DNA of 64,000 nt from Candidatus Dormiibacterota bacterium (GTDB lineage: Bacteria > Chloroflexota > Dormibacteria > Aeolococcales > Aeolococcaceae), in the NCBI GenBank assembly GCA_963718525.1, contig OY970355.1, positions 2,208,001 through 2,272,000 on the forward strand, given 5' to 3'. This document shows, in pieces, positions 20,673 to 31,834 of this stretch. Position 1 is the first letter of the stretch, and the number at the start of each line of letters is the position of its first letter. Made by a program: the position numbers and the translations under genes. Below the pieces are notes generated by a model. The model ran no database searches. It was not told where the DNA came from and worked only from the letters and a program-made list of their open reading frames with translations.

Positions 20673-22408
20673 GCAGTGCACCTGCGGATCTTCGGATGGG
20701 GAAGGTCCGACGCGTCAACGGCCCAGTGGTCGATGTCGTTGGGCTCCCCGGCGTGGCCATGTTCGACGTCGTCGCCATCGGCGATGCGGGACTCGCCGGA
20801 GAGATCGTCAGCATCGATGGAGACGTTGCGACCGCCCAGGTGTACGAGTATGACGGCGGCGTCTCACCGGGAGACCCCGTCAGGAGCCGCGGCGAAGCAC
20901 TCTCCGTCACCCTCGGACCCGGGTTGCTCGGGCGCGTCTTCGACGGAATCCTCCGGCCGCTCGACGAGAAGGACGTCTGGCTCACGTCCGGGCGGGCCGA
21001 CGACACGTCCGCCGGCATGGCCTGGCACTTCACCCCCGACGCCACCGTGGGCGAGGAGGTAGCACCGGGCGCGCTGCTCGGACGGGTCACGGAAGGTGAG
21101 TTTTTCGAGCACCGCATCCTCGTCCCGCCGGAGGTCGAGGGTGTCCTGTCCTGGCTATCGCCCGAAGGCGACACCAGCGCTGACCAACCCATCGCGCGCG
21201 TCGGTGCAGTCGATGTGTCGCTCTCGCACCGGTGGCCCGTCCGGCGCCCACGCCCCGCAGTCGCGCGCGACGGCGAGCCACGGTTACTCCGGACCGGTCA
21301 GCGCGTCCTCGACCTTCTCTACCCCATCCTCCGCGGCAGCAGCGCATCAGTGCCGGGCGGCTTCGGCACCGGCAAGACACTCTTGCAACAGCAGATCGCC
21401 AAGTGGTGCGATGCCGAAGTGATCGTCTATGTCGGCTGCGGCGAGCGCGGCAACGAGATGATCGACGTCCTCGAGGATCTTGCCCGCCTCAGGGATCCGC
21501 GCACCGGTGGAGCCCTGCGCGAGCGGACGGTCTGTATCGCCAATACGTCGAACATGCCGGTCATGGCGCGCGAAGCCAGTATCTACACGGGCGTCGCGGT
21601 TGCGGAGTACTTCCGCGACATGGGGTACGACGTCGTCGTTATCGCCAACTCGACGTCTCGCTGGGCGGAGGCGCTCCGCGAGTTCGCGTCGCGGACGAAT
21701 CAGCTTCCGGCGGAGGAGGGGTACCCCGCGACGCTCGGATCGGCACTTGCGGCGTTCTACGAGCGCGCGGGGAACTTCACGACTCTCGGCGGCACCCGCG
21801 GTTCGGTGACCATCATCGGGGCAGTCTCACCTCCGGGCGGGGATCTCACTGAGCCGGTGACCGCCCAGACGCGGCGATTTGTCCGGTGCGTCTGGTCGCT
21901 CGACCGTGACCTCGCATACGCGCGTCACTATCCTGCGGTCAGCTGGAACGAGAGCTTTTCACGCGATGCGGAACGCGTCGGTGTGATGCGATCCGAGAGT
22001 GGCGACACGGCGTGGGCGGAGCGCCGTGCTTTGGCCCTAGCGCTGCTCGCCGAATCGGAGCGACTCGAGTCACTTGTGGAACTTGTGGGAGCATCGGCGC
22101 TGCCGAATCGTCAGCGGATCACGCTTCGTTCCGCGAAGCTACTGCGCGAGGCCGTGCTTCAACAGGACGCGACGAGTACCGACGATGCGTACTGCGGCGA
22201 GGCAAAGCAGGAAGCGCTGCTCGAGATGGTTCTCGCCATTAACAGCGCGTTGATCGAACGTCTCGAGGCCGGCGTCGATGCCCAGCGCCTCGAACAAGTC
22301 GACCTTGCCCGGGTCTCGTCCGCACGGGAGAGCGGTGGGCCCGATGACGTGGCCGCGGTCACCGCGGTGCGGGCCTCTGTTCTTGCACTGCTGAAGACGG
22401 TCACATGA
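20669..22408 (+). CDS. ntpA: V/A-ATPase catalytic subunit A (Walker B Asp appears as Asn)
   Basis: PGGFGTGKT, YVGCGERGNE, NTSNMPVMAREAS, PAEEGYP; IANSTSRWAEA in place of ADSTSRWAEA. Confidence 0.95.
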   Translation: MSSAPADLRMGKVRRVNGPVVDVVGLPGVAMFDVVAIGDAGLAGEIVSIDGDVATAQVYEYDGGVSPGDPVRSRGEALSVTLGPGLLGRVFDGILRPLDEKDVWLTSGRADDTSAGMAWHFTPDATVGEEVAPGALLGRVTEGEFFEHRILVPPEVEGVLSWLSPEGDTSADQPIARVGAVDVSLSHRWPVRRPRPAVARDGEPRLLRTGQRVLDLLYPILRGSSASVPGGFGTGKTLLQQQIAKWCDAEVIVYVGCGERGNEMIDVLEDLARLRDPRTGGALRERTVCIANTSNMPVMAREASIYTGVAVAEYFRDMGYDVVVIANSTSRWAEALREFASRTNQLPAEEGYPATLGSALAAFYERAGNFTTLGGTRGSVTIIGAVSPPGGDLTEPVTAQTRRFVRCVWSLDRDLAYARHYPAVSWNESFSRDAERVGVMRSESGDTAWAERRALALALLAESERLESLVELVGASALPNRQRITLRSAKLLREAVLQQDATSTDDAYCGEAKQEALLEMVLAINSALIERLEAGVDAQRLEQVDLARVSSARESGGPDDVAAVTAVRASVLALLKTVT

Positions 22409-23811
22409 TCGACGCGATTCCGATCGAATACACGGGAGCCCGCAGCGCTGACGGCCCACTGCTGGTGATCGAGCACGTCACCGGAGTGGGCTGGGACGAG
22501 GATGCGGTCATCACCCTTGCGTCGGGCGAACGGCGACATGGAGTCGTGCTGGACGTCAACGACGATCTGGCGGTTGTGCAGGTGTTCGAGGGAACGTCGG
22601 GGATCAGCCTTTCGGGGACTCGAGTGGCCTTCAGCGGCAGCCCGATACGAGTGCCCGTAGGCGCCCAGTGGCTTGGGCGGGTCTGCAACGGTCGAGGGGA
22701 CCCCATCGACGGAGGTCCGCCCGTGCGCGGAGACCGCCTCGTCGCCGTCAACGGCGTGCCGATCAACCCGGCGGCTCGGGAGTTGCCGCGGGATCCCATC
22801 GTCACCGGTATCTCGGCCATCGATGGACTGACCACCCTCGTGCGCGGCCAGAAGTTGCCCATCTTCTCGGTGGGTGGCCTGCCCCACCTCGAGCTTGCCG
22901 CGCAGATTGCCGCGCAAGCGCGGGTGGCGGACGGAGCGTTCCAGATCGTCTTTGCGGCCATGGGCGTCACGCACGCCGATGCTGATGCGACGCGTGACGC
23001 GCTCGAGGAGCGATCCGAGTCGGGCGACCTGGTCCTGTTCCTCAACACGGCATCGGATCCGGTCATCGAACGCGTGCTGACGCCTCGCATCGCGCTCACG
23101 GTTGCCGAGCACCTCGCCTTCGAACGCGGCGGCCACGTCCTCGTCCTCATGTGCGACATGACGAGCTATGCAGAAGCGGTGCGTGAGGTGGCGGCAGCTC
23201 GTGGTGAAGTCCCGGGGCGCCAGGGCTACCCGGGATACCTCTTCAGCGATCTGGCATCCATCTACGAACGCTGCGGCAGGCTGCGCATCAGCTCGGGCTC
23301 CCTGACCCAGATTCCTGTTCTCACCATGCCGGCGGGCGACATCACCCACCCTGTCCCGGATCTAACGGGCTACATCACCGAAGGTCAGATCGTGCTGTCC
23401 CAGGAGATGCAGAGTCGCAACGTCTACCCGCCATTCGACGCGCTCTCCTCACTGTCGCGTCTGATGCGGCATGGGGTGGGGCCAGGACAGACCCGCAAGG
23501 ATCACATGGCGGTCGCGGGGCAGGTGTACGCCGCGCTGGGTCACGCCCGGCAGGTTCGTGAGCTGACGGACCTCGTGGGCGAGACGGGCCTGTCGGAGGG
23601 TGACCGCGCCTATCTCCGTTTTGCGGACGCGCTCGAGGCGGGGTTCATCAATCAAGGGCGCACTGAGCATCGCGCCATAGACGACACCCTCGAGCATGCC
23701 TGGACCGCGCTGACGATGCTGCCGGCGGGTGACCTGTCGCGGCTCGACCCCGTCGAGCGCGCGCGTCACATGGCGTTGAGCGACCGCGGTCGCTCCCGGG
23801 AGTCCACATGA
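22405..23811 (+). CDS. ntpB: V/A-ATPase subunit B
   Basis: RGQKLPIFS, PGRQGYPGYLFSDLASIYER, DITHPVPDLTGYITEGQI. Confidence 0.95.
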   Translation: MIDAIPIEYTGARSADGPLLVIEHVTGVGWDEDAVITLASGERRHGVVLDVNDDLAVVQVFEGTSGISLSGTRVAFSGSPIRVPVGAQWLGRVCNGRGDPIDGGPPVRGDRLVAVNGVPINPAARELPRDPIVTGISAIDGLTTLVRGQKLPIFSVGGLPHLELAAQIAAQARVADGAFQIVFAAMGVTHADADATRDALEERSESGDLVLFLNTASDPVIERVLTPRIALTVAEHLAFERGGHVLVLMCDMTSYAEAVREVAAARGEVPGRQGYPGYLFSDLASIYERCGRLRISSGSLTQIPVLTMPAGDITHPVPDLTGYITEGQIVLSQEMQSRNVYPPFDALSSLSRLMRHGVGPGQTRKDHMAVAGQVYAALGHARQVRELTDLVGETGLSEGDRAYLRFADALEAGFINQGRTEHRAIDDTLEHAWTALTMLPAGDLSRLDPVERARHMALSDRGRSREST

Positions 23812-24305
23812 TCCGCGTCCCGCCCGGGCGATCAGGGCAGGTGTGGCTGCGGCGTCGCCTCGAAACCGCCAAGCGGGGGATCGACATCCTCGGTCGCAAA
23901 CAGAGCCTTCTCGCCGTCGAGCGCGAGGGCCGCGATCTCCACGCAACGTCGGCACGAACCGCGTGGATCGATGCCTGCGCCGAGGCCCAACGGTGGTGTT
24001 CGCGGGCGTTGCGGCTCGGACATGAACACCAGATCGCCGTGGTGGCCGCTCATCTGGATGCGTCCGCGACTATTACTGTCGAGTGGCACAACGTGATGGC
24101 GGTATCCATCCCCGAGAACGCTCATTGTGCGTTTTCGGATCTCACGCTTGCGAGTGCGAGTGGCGGTTCCAGCGCCACCGACCGAGCCGTGGAGGCGCTT
24201 GCGTGTGCCCTTGAGAAAGCTGCTGCTCATGCCGCCATCCAGCGTGCGCTGGCCAATATCGACGCTGAGCTGCTGCAAACGCGCCGGCGTCTCCGGCTCC
24301 GGTGA
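23808..24305 (+). pseudogene. ntpD: V/A-ATPase subunit D, C-terminally truncated
   Basis: LRRRLETAKRGIDILGRKQ; ends at TRRRLRLR* where subunit D normally continues. Confidence 0.75.
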
Positions 24306-26491
24306 CTCTGAGCGTCGGCAACATCGTTCCCGCGGACATACGCCTCCTCGAGGTCGACTCCCTGGAGTGCGACGAAGCCGTGCTCACCGGCGAGTCGCTA
24401 CCCGTGCCCAAGACCGCGGAGCCGCAGCCGGATGCGGCCGGCGTCAACCTCGCTTCCTGCGTGTTCATGGGCACCATCGTCCACGAGGGGGCGGCTCGCG
24501 GCGTGGTGGTCGCAACGGGCCCCGCGACGGCGTTCGGTGGCATCGCATCCGGTCTTGCGGAGCCTGCGACGGCCTCCGCATTCCAGCAGGGTTTGAGCAG
24601 CTTCTCGACACTTCTGGTCCGCGTCGCCGGGGTGCTCACACTGACCATCTTCGTCTTCAACATCGCCTTCCACAAACCGATCCTCGATGCATTGCTTTTC
24701 TCGCTGGCCATCGCGGTGGGCATCACCCCGGAGCTGATGCCCGCAATCGTCACCGTGGGGCTGTCGAGTGGATCACGCGCACTGGCTCGGCGCAAGGTGC
24801 TGGTCAAACGACTGGTCGCGATCGAAGATCTCGGCAATATCCAGATCCTCTTCACCGACAAGACCGGGACGCTTACCGAAGGGGCGATCACGTTCGATCG
24901 TAGCCTCGGGGCAGATGGCCAGCCTTCAGACTCGCCGCTGCGCTTCGGCCTCGTGTGCAACGAGTCCACCCCAGGAACCGGTGGACCGGTTGGGGGCAAT
25001 CCGCTCGATCAGGCACTGTGGCAGAGCCCACGGTGTGCGGCCCTCACCCAGCTTCCCGACGGCCCCTCGGCGTTCGCTCGAATGGGACGCGTCCCATTCG
25101 ACCACGAGCGGCAGATGGCGTCGGTGCTGGTCGACGGACCCACGGGGCGCTTGCTGGTCGCCAAAGGCGCGCCTGAATCGGTGCTCGCACGGTGCGTCGG
25201 GCTACCCGAGGCGGCAGGACCGACCCTGGATCGACTCTTCGCTGAGGGCGCTCGCGTGGTCGCGGTGGCAACCCGAACTGGAACGACCACAAGACCCTGC
25301 GCGGACGACGAGCGGGATCTGACCCTGGTCGGGTATCTCACCTTCGTTGACCGACCTAAGGTGGATGCGGGCGACGCGATCGCCCGGCTGCATGGGCTCG
25401 GCATCGAGGTCAAGATCATCACTGGCGACAACGGCACCGTCGCGGCGACGGTGTGCCGGCACATCGGTGTCGATCCCGGGACGGTCGTGACGGGCACGGA
25501 GATCGATGCCCTGGACGACGATGCGCTTGCCCTGGTAATCACCCGGACACGGGTCTTCGCGCGGGTCAGTCCAGATCAGAAGTCTCGGATCATCAAGGTC
25601 ACGAGGCGAACAGGCGTCGACGTCGCGTTCCTTGGCGATGGTGTTAACGACGCCGTTGCTCTGCACCACGCGGACGTCGGCATCTCAGTGGACTCTGCAA
25701 CTGACGTCGCGAAAGATGCGGCGGACATCGTGCTCCTCGACAAGGATCTTGGCGTGCTGGCCGATGGCGTTGTCGAGGGTCGGCGCGTCTTCGCCAACAC
25801 CATCAAGTACGTCCTGATGGCGACATCTTCGAACTTCGGTAACATGTTCAGTGCCGCGGTCGCCTCGGTATTTCTCTCGTTCCTGCCGATGCTGCCGTCG
25901 CAGATTCTGCTCAACAACCTGCTTTACAATGCGGGCCAGCTCGCAATCCCCACGGACGCGGTGGACTCCGAAACCCTGGCTCGACCCGCCGCGTGGGACA
26001 TCGCCTTTGTTCGGCGGTTCATGATCGTCTTCGGCCCAGTGAGCTCCGTGTTCGACTTTCTCACCTTCTTCGTCATGCTCGACCTGCTCAGCGCGGGCCA
26101 CAGTGAGTTCCGGACGGGTTGGTTCGTGGAGTCGCTCGCAACGCAGACACTGGTGATCTATGTCATTCGCACTCGGCGGGTCCCTTTCCTACGTAGCCGG
26201 CCGAGCCCGGCGATGCTGGTGCTTCCGCCTTTATGCGCATTGGTCGGTGCGATCGTTCCCTTCACACCGGTCGCGCGCATCCTGGGATTCTCACCATTAC
26301 CACCGCTCTTCTTCCTGATCCTGGTCGCGATGATCGCGACATATCTCGGCCTGGTGGAATGCGCCAAAATCGTCTTCTACGCTGCGCACCCCCGGGCGTT
26401 CGCGAAACCTCCGTCCACGCATCCCGATCGACTTACCCGAAGAATCGTCCGCCGGCTCAGCCATTTCACGCGCCATCAGTCAGCGGGATGA
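24302..26491 (+). pseudogene. mgtA: Mg2+-transporting P-type ATPase (MgtA-like) lacking the N-terminus
   Basis: Starts within the A-domain (GNIVPAD, LTGES); TPELMP, DKTGTLT, GDGVND, SSNFGNMFS, GWFVES; first TM helices absent. Confidence 0.82.
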
Positions 26492-26611
26492 CGTGGCGCG
26501 ATGCCGGGTCCGGCGCAAGAGAAGATCAGTGCGTTTTCAAGGCCGGAGGCGTGGTCACAAGTCGGGACCAACGCCTCTTGACAGGCCTCCGATCTGGCTA
26601 TTAGATGAGCC

Positions 26612-27205
26612 TTGACTGACCAATCACAGATGCCTAAGGCGGAAGTTGTGAGCACGCAGAAGATCGTTGTGGGAGTGAATGGGTCGGCGGCATCGGACGC
26701 CGCACTCGAATGGGCAATCCAGGAGGCAGCATCCCGCGGCGCCGAGATCATCGCGGTGCATGTGCTGAAGCCTATCGCCGCCTCTGGCGGTACGACAGTG
26801 AGAGACGTTCGCCTGCGGGAGTTCGACTACCTGGGCGACGAGGTGCGATCGCATGTCAAGAAGGAGTTGTTTGGGCCCCTGACCAAGCATCGGATCATCG
26901 TTGCCGAAGGGCATCCAGCAACAGGGATATTGCACGTCGCCGACACCGAGGACGCAGATCTCATCGTAGTGGGCAATGGGCAACACAGCACGATGGAGGA
27001 TCTCTTCCTCGGGAGTGTTGCCCACGAGTTGACCCACAAAACACGGCGTCCTTTTGCGTTGATTCCTTCGGCGAGGCGCGTCGGAGCGATCGACGCCATG
27101 GGACGCGATCAACGAACCGCGCCTACACCGAGGCAGACTTGGTCGCATCGGACCGGCGATCAGATCGATGAGGTCGCAGCGGGCGCACTCGAACTGGTTC
27201 GGTAG
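26612..27205 (+). CDS. Universal stress protein
   Basis: IVVGVNGS, AALEWA, DLIVVG, LFLGSVAHEL. Confidence 0.85.
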   Translation: MTDQSQMPKAEVVSTQKIVVGVNGSAASDAALEWAIQEAASRGAEIIAVHVLKPIAASGGTTVRDVRLREFDYLGDEVRSHVKKELFGPLTKHRIIVAEGHPATGILHVADTEDADLIVVGNGQHSTMEDLFLGSVAHELTHKTRRPFALIPSARRVGAIDAMGRDQRTAPTPRQTWSHRTGDQIDEVAAGALELVR

Positions 27206-27676
27206 CTCCTTCGACGGGCTCCTCGGTGCGAACGCTGCTAGCAAGACCACCGTGACCCGCTTATAGTTGAGTTCGTGCGCCCGTCGCAGGTGGTAGTGCT
27301 GGCGAGCACCCACGACTGCATCGGGCTGCGGCGGCCCTTGTGCTTGAAGCGCGCCGCATCCGAGCCGCCTTGAGACCCGGTCAGGCAGTCCCCTCCCAAA
27401 ATCCAGGGACACGCAACAGCGGCAAGGCGGTGCCCACGGTTCGGGCACATCCGCAAACGATCTGTGTGACCAAGGACCCTGGCATCGCTCCGAGTCCAGC
27501 GTCAAGCTGCGCTTTGGGTCTAGCGCGCGTGCGAGGAGACAACCCACATGGTAGTAACTGCAGGAGCCGGTACAACTGTCGCGCCGGCTGGGGATCTTCA
27601 TGCTCTCCTCTGGCGACGGAAGTGCTCACGTCCCTCCGGCTAGCCGTGGATGACTAAAGAGTTGGATGGCTAAAGA

Positions 27677-28585
27677 ATGAGAGCAGCACGGATGCCCGCT
27701 GTCGTTGCCCTGGCCGCATTGGCCCTGATCTGTCTCTATTCGGCCTTTACCGTCGGCAGAGTCCTCTTTTCGAATGCGCCACAAGAGGTCGCGTTTACCC
27801 TGGGCACTGTCGATCGGGATGTGACCTACTGCGGATCACAAACACTGGATCTCTATCTCCCTCGTGAGGCTGCGACGCATCCCCTTCCCATCGCGATGTA
27901 CGTCCACGGCGGAGGTTTGACCTCGGGTGATAAGTCGGACATCAACCCGGTCTTCCTCGACGCCCTTGCCTCGGCCGGCTACGCGGCGGCAAGCATCAAC
28001 TATCGACTTGCGCCGATGTCCAAGTTTCCGGCGCAGATCGAGGATGTCAAGTGCGCAATCCGATTTCTGCGCAGCAATGCACCGAAATATGATCTGAACG
28101 CGAAGGAGATGTTCGCATTCGGCACCAGTGCTGGAGGACAGCTTGTCGCGCTTGCCGCACTCGCTGGCCCACACTCGGCCTTCGATGTCGGCGCTTACCT
28201 AGCGGAGCCGAGCAGTGTTACGGCAGTTGCCGATATGTTCGGGCCCGCGAACCTGGCACAAGGAGGAGGCTATTCAACCGCAGGCGTTCAACAAGCCTTC
28301 AGCCAACAGGGCGACACAGTGCTGGCCAGCCCGACCCACTTCGTTGCAGCACACGCGCCGCCAATCCTGATCGTTCAGGGTGTGGACGACGCGAAGGTCA
28401 TTGAGTTGCAGTCGACTGAACTGTACGACGACCTGAGAGCCGTGGGCGACCAGACGCAGATTGTCCTGGTCCAGAACATGGGGCACATGTTCGTGCAGGT
28501 TGGCTCAAGACCGATTGATCCAAGCCTCGCGCAGATTGCGCAGGACATGGTGAACTTCTTCGGTCGCGACGCCGGGGGTGGGTGA
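27677..28585 (+). CDS. Exported alpha/beta hydrolase (esterase/lipase, BD-FAE-like)
   Basis: HGGG oxyanion motif, GTSAG nucleophile, QGVDD, GH; N-terminal hydrophobic segment. Confidence 0.88.
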   Translation: MRAARMPAVVALAALALICLYSAFTVGRVLFSNAPQEVAFTLGTVDRDVTYCGSQTLDLYLPREAATHPLPIAMYVHGGGLTSGDKSDINPVFLDALASAGYAAASINYRLAPMSKFPAQIEDVKCAIRFLRSNAPKYDLNAKEMFAFGTSAGGQLVALAALAGPHSAFDVGAYLAEPSSVTAVADMFGPANLAQGGGYSTAGVQQAFSQQGDTVLASPTHFVAAHAPPILIVQGVDDAKVIELQSTELYDDLRAVGDQTQIVLVQNMGHMFVQVGSRPIDPSLAQIAQDMVNFFGRDAGGG

Positions 28586-29359
28586 ATGAACACACTGTCG
28601 TCAACGGGGTCCGACGCCAACGCCCAGGCCAGGGCCGGGCGTCTGATAGTCGCTGGGTATGCGGCTGCGGCCTTGGGTCTGGTTGCGTTTCTCACGATCA
28701 ACGGAATGTCAGGAGTCTCCGCATTTGTTGAGATCGGCACGACGGCTTTGGTTGTGGTCGGACTCCTGCTTCCGGCTGTAGGAATGCTGCAATTGAGAAG
28801 GACCATAGATGGAAGTCGAAAGGCGGCAAGAGATGGCCTGGCCTTGCAGGCGCTCGGGCTGGTTGGTCTGCTGCTTGGGTTGGTTCCCCTCCAGATCTCG
28901 TCGTCTCTCTCTGCCTTGTACGGAATCAGTGCCGTCGTGATCGTCGCGGCGGCCGCATCGGCGGTGGGTGGCGCATCCCTGACACGCAGCCATCTTCGGG
29001 GCATCAATGCTGCGCTTGGCCGAGGTGCTGACTACCTGATACTCGGCATGGTGCTCATCTTCGCCGGCGTGGCATTGATTCTCGGGTCGAACGTGGCCTC
29101 CTACTTTGTCCTCTCAGGCGTTGGGAACACGGTCTATTGCGATGTGGGTGCGACGATCTCAGCCTGCGGCTCTGTAACCGCAGCGTACGCATGCTTCGTG
29201 ATGCACGCTCGCACGCGGCTCGGCTTGGCATCCCTTGAGTATGTGGACGAACCGCATGACAGCGCTGAAGGCGATACTCGGCGTCAAGGGAAGTGGCGCA
29301 AGGGAACGCGAACTATCGGTGGCGACGTCTTGCCTAGTCCAATGGGCCACCAGAGCTAG
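28586..29359 (+). CDS. Hypothetical multi-pass membrane protein
   Basis: About six hydrophobic segments; abuts the upstream stop. Confidence 0.6.
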   Translation: MNTLSSTGSDANAQARAGRLIVAGYAAAALGLVAFLTINGMSGVSAFVEIGTTALVVVGLLLPAVGMLQLRRTIDGSRKAARDGLALQALGLVGLLLGLVPLQISSSLSALYGISAVVIVAAAASAVGGASLTRSHLRGINAALGRGADYLILGMVLIFAGVALILGSNVASYFVLSGVGNTVYCDVGATISACGSVTAAYACFVMHARTRLGLASLEYVDEPHDSAEGDTRRQGKWRKGTRTIGGDVLPSPMGHQS

Positions 29360-29385
29360 GACTTTCGCCTCTTGCAGCTGGTTCG

Positions 29386-30072
29386 ATGCGGTCCGACACT
29401 GATGTCAGATTCCGATTTCAACCCAAAGGAGGTGCGCTGATAGCACTCATGGGAATGCGTTCAGGGACCGCGGTCAGATCGACTCCCGCCCCCGCCTACG
29501 AATGGACCGCCGTCGCGCTCGCGGGCATCTGGCTGAGTGTGGTCTTGGCAAGCATCTTTGCGCCGCCGATGGTCACCGGTACCCAGCACGACCAAGCTCC
29601 CGTCGCCGCGTTTGCGGACTGGATCTGGGGAGCAATCGCTACGGGGGCGGTGCTTCGAACGTCGATGAAAGGGATCCGCGTGGGAGCGACGTCACGAGCA
29701 GCCTGGGTAACGCTGGGAGTCTCGGTTGCGGTCGTGTGGGTTGGGGTTCTCCTAGTCAGCGTCTTCACCCCGGACTTCGTGACCGGCACCGATCCCACTC
29801 GCCTGCCGTTCGGAGCGATGCTGAGTCCCATCGCCGGGTCGGTGCTCACCGGGATCGTTTGCAGCTTCATCAGGGCGGGCTTTCGACGGCCCAAGGCGGC
29901 TGTGGAAGAGGCGAGAGCGACGGCCCCACCGACCGCCCCAACCGTCTCGCAGAAGGCACTTGCTGCGGACGCGACCGCCATGCTTCGTCAGCTCCTGGAG
30001 CTACGCGACGCTGGCGCGATCACTCAAGAGGAATTCGACACGAAGAAACGCGAGCTTCTGAGCCGGATCTGA
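29386..30072 (+). CDS. Membrane protein with C-terminal SHOCT domain
   Basis: Four TM segments; LRQLLELRDAGAITQEEFDTKKRELL; start uncertain. Confidence 0.75.
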   Translation: MRSDTDVRFRFQPKGGALIALMGMRSGTAVRSTPAPAYEWTAVALAGIWLSVVLASIFAPPMVTGTQHDQAPVAAFADWIWGAIATGAVLRTSMKGIRVGATSRAAWVTLGVSVAVVWVGVLLVSVFTPDFVTGTDPTRLPFGAMLSPIAGSVLTGIVCSFIRAGFRRPKAAVEEARATAPPTAPTVSQKALAADATAMLRQLLELRDAGAITQEEFDTKKRELLSRI

Positions 30073-30073
30073 C

Positions 30074-31279
30074 GTGAAACGCACAACCATCATCGGCACT
30101 GCGATCGCCGCTCTCGGCCTCGCAGCGTGTGGCTCGACAGCCGCTCCTAGGGCTACCCCGACCCCAGCGCCGACAGTCGCTTCAACCCCTGCGCCGACGG
30201 CAACGCCCGTGCCGACTCCATCCCCCACTCCCGTGCCGCCTCCGGCGCTGGTGGTGACCGCAGGGCGGATGTCCGCGACTTCTGTGCAACTCAGCCTAGT
30301 CGGTGAGAACGGCAGTGTCGTCGCCACGGTCGACGACCCCGGAGGCGTCGACGGCCACGCGTACTACGTCGGGTCCGACGATGTCTACTTCCTCGACGGC
30401 ACCACCGTGAAGGCGTTCGGCAGAACCGGCACGGTCTCGGTCGTGGGCGAGGTGCCGCAGGTGAAGACATCCGTCACCGCGACGGATCTCCAGGGGTACA
30501 CCACGTTTGCTGTGTCCCCGGACCAGACAACGCTGGTGTTCGGTATCCCCTTGGCAATGACCTTCGACAACAGCGCGACCACCGATCATTCACAGCTCTG
30601 GACCGAGCCCACGGGGGGCACTGCCGCGGACGCGACCATGGTCTACGACGACGCCAACAACAGCGACAACGGCGGCGAGGTCCTGATGCCCTTCGCTTGG
30701 AGCAACGCCGGAATCTCGGTGTCGGAGATGTGCAAAGGACTCGGCGGAGTGGGACCGTTCCTCCAGTTCACTGGCTGCGCCCAAGCCACGTTTAACCCAA
30801 CCACGCGGACGCTCACGCAGGTCCAAGTCAACAACACTTGGGGAGGGTATCTCTGTCCCGCGACAATCGCACCCGGATCGGTGTGCGTCGAGGACGGGAA
30901 TTCGAGCCTGACGGTGGTGCGCAGCTCGGGCAACGAGACGATTGCCCTGCACCCTGTGAACGCAGCGGCGTACGGTCCCGTGAGCGTGTCGGGCGACGGA
31001 CGCTACCTGGCGTATGGCGCGTATGTGGGGGTCTTCGATTCCGGTTATTACGTAACCACGGTCGTGGATCTGAACACCAAACAGACCGTTTCCACCATAC
31101 GGAATTTCGCGCCGGAGGTATGGCTCCCCGACGATCGTCTGGTCGGGTGGGATAACGACTTCCCGGAACGAGGAGCGACCTGGTTGCTCTCACCTGCCTT
31201 CACAAGCCGCACGAATATCTCACCCGCCCCGGCGGTAGGCGCTCTCGGGGTGCTCCCTGCCCACATCCCGCTGGCGTAG
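30074..31279 (+). CDS. Lipoprotein with Pro/Thr linker and beta-propeller-like domain
   Basis: Lipobox LAAC, PT-rich linker, SPDQ/SGDG repeats. Confidence 0.7.
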   Translation: MKRTTIIGTAIAALGLAACGSTAAPRATPTPAPTVASTPAPTATPVPTPSPTPVPPPALVVTAGRMSATSVQLSLVGENGSVVATVDDPGGVDGHAYYVGSDDVYFLDGTTVKAFGRTGTVSVVGEVPQVKTSVTATDLQGYTTFAVSPDQTTLVFGIPLAMTFDNSATTDHSQLWTEPTGGTAADATMVYDDANNSDNGGEVLMPFAWSNAGISVSEMCKGLGGVGPFLQFTGCAQATFNPTTRTLTQVQVNNTWGGYLCPATIAPGSVCVEDGNSSLTVVRSSGNETIALHPVNAAAYGPVSVSGDGRYLAYGAYVGVFDSGYYVTTVVDLNTKQTVSTIRNFAPEVWLPDDRLVGWDNDFPERGATWLLSPAFTSRTNISPAPAVGALGVLPAHIPLA

Positions 31280-31638
31280 GTCTTTAGCTCCGGGTGGGCC
31301 GAATGGGAGCTCCTCGAAACGGCCTCAGAGCGCCTGTGGGGAGGGCGGTGAGGTCAAGCCACCTGAAGCCGGACGTGGTCTGAGATCGCCGTGGGTGCGG
31401 CTAATCGCGATCGGGGCGTGTAAGGCGAGCTGGCGCTTCCACTCCATCTAGGCCTACCAAGGGTCAAATCCTTCTTGCTACACCCCCTCTAGGCGCTGCG
31501 GAGGGTCGATTCGAATTCACCGAGCGGCAACGGTCATCCCATGCGCCCGTGGTGGCATCAGGACCGTGCGGGCGTGTTCGAGGTAAGAGCACAATGGGGA
31601 AGAAGCGATCTGGGGTACGCCCAATAGCCCTGCGTGGA

Positions 31639-31828
31639 TGTCGACGCGATTCCAGCGGATTCCATTACCCGACCTATTGTCGTCATTCCAACCATTTACC
31701 AACGAAAGCCCTTATAAGTCGCACTCACTCCGATCGCGAAATAGGTACTGGTCTGGGGGCCAGTGGTCGCAGGTTCGAGTCCTGTCTCCCCGATTCGCAG
31801 CCCATTGCACTGCAGTGAAGATGTTTTC
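31639..31828 (+). repeat. att-like junction J3 (degenerate core, short type A right arm)
   Basis: Left arm GTCGTCATTCCAACC; core 31748-31793 with a 1-nt deletion and one substitution; TTCGCAGCCCATTGCA. Confidence 0.87.
31748..31793 (+). tRNA. tRNA-Pro(GGG) 3' fragment, degenerate
   Basis: CTGGTCTGGGGGCCAGTGGTCGCAGGTTCGAGTCCTGTCTCCCCGA. Confidence 0.82.
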
Positions 31829-31834
31829 GCTCAG

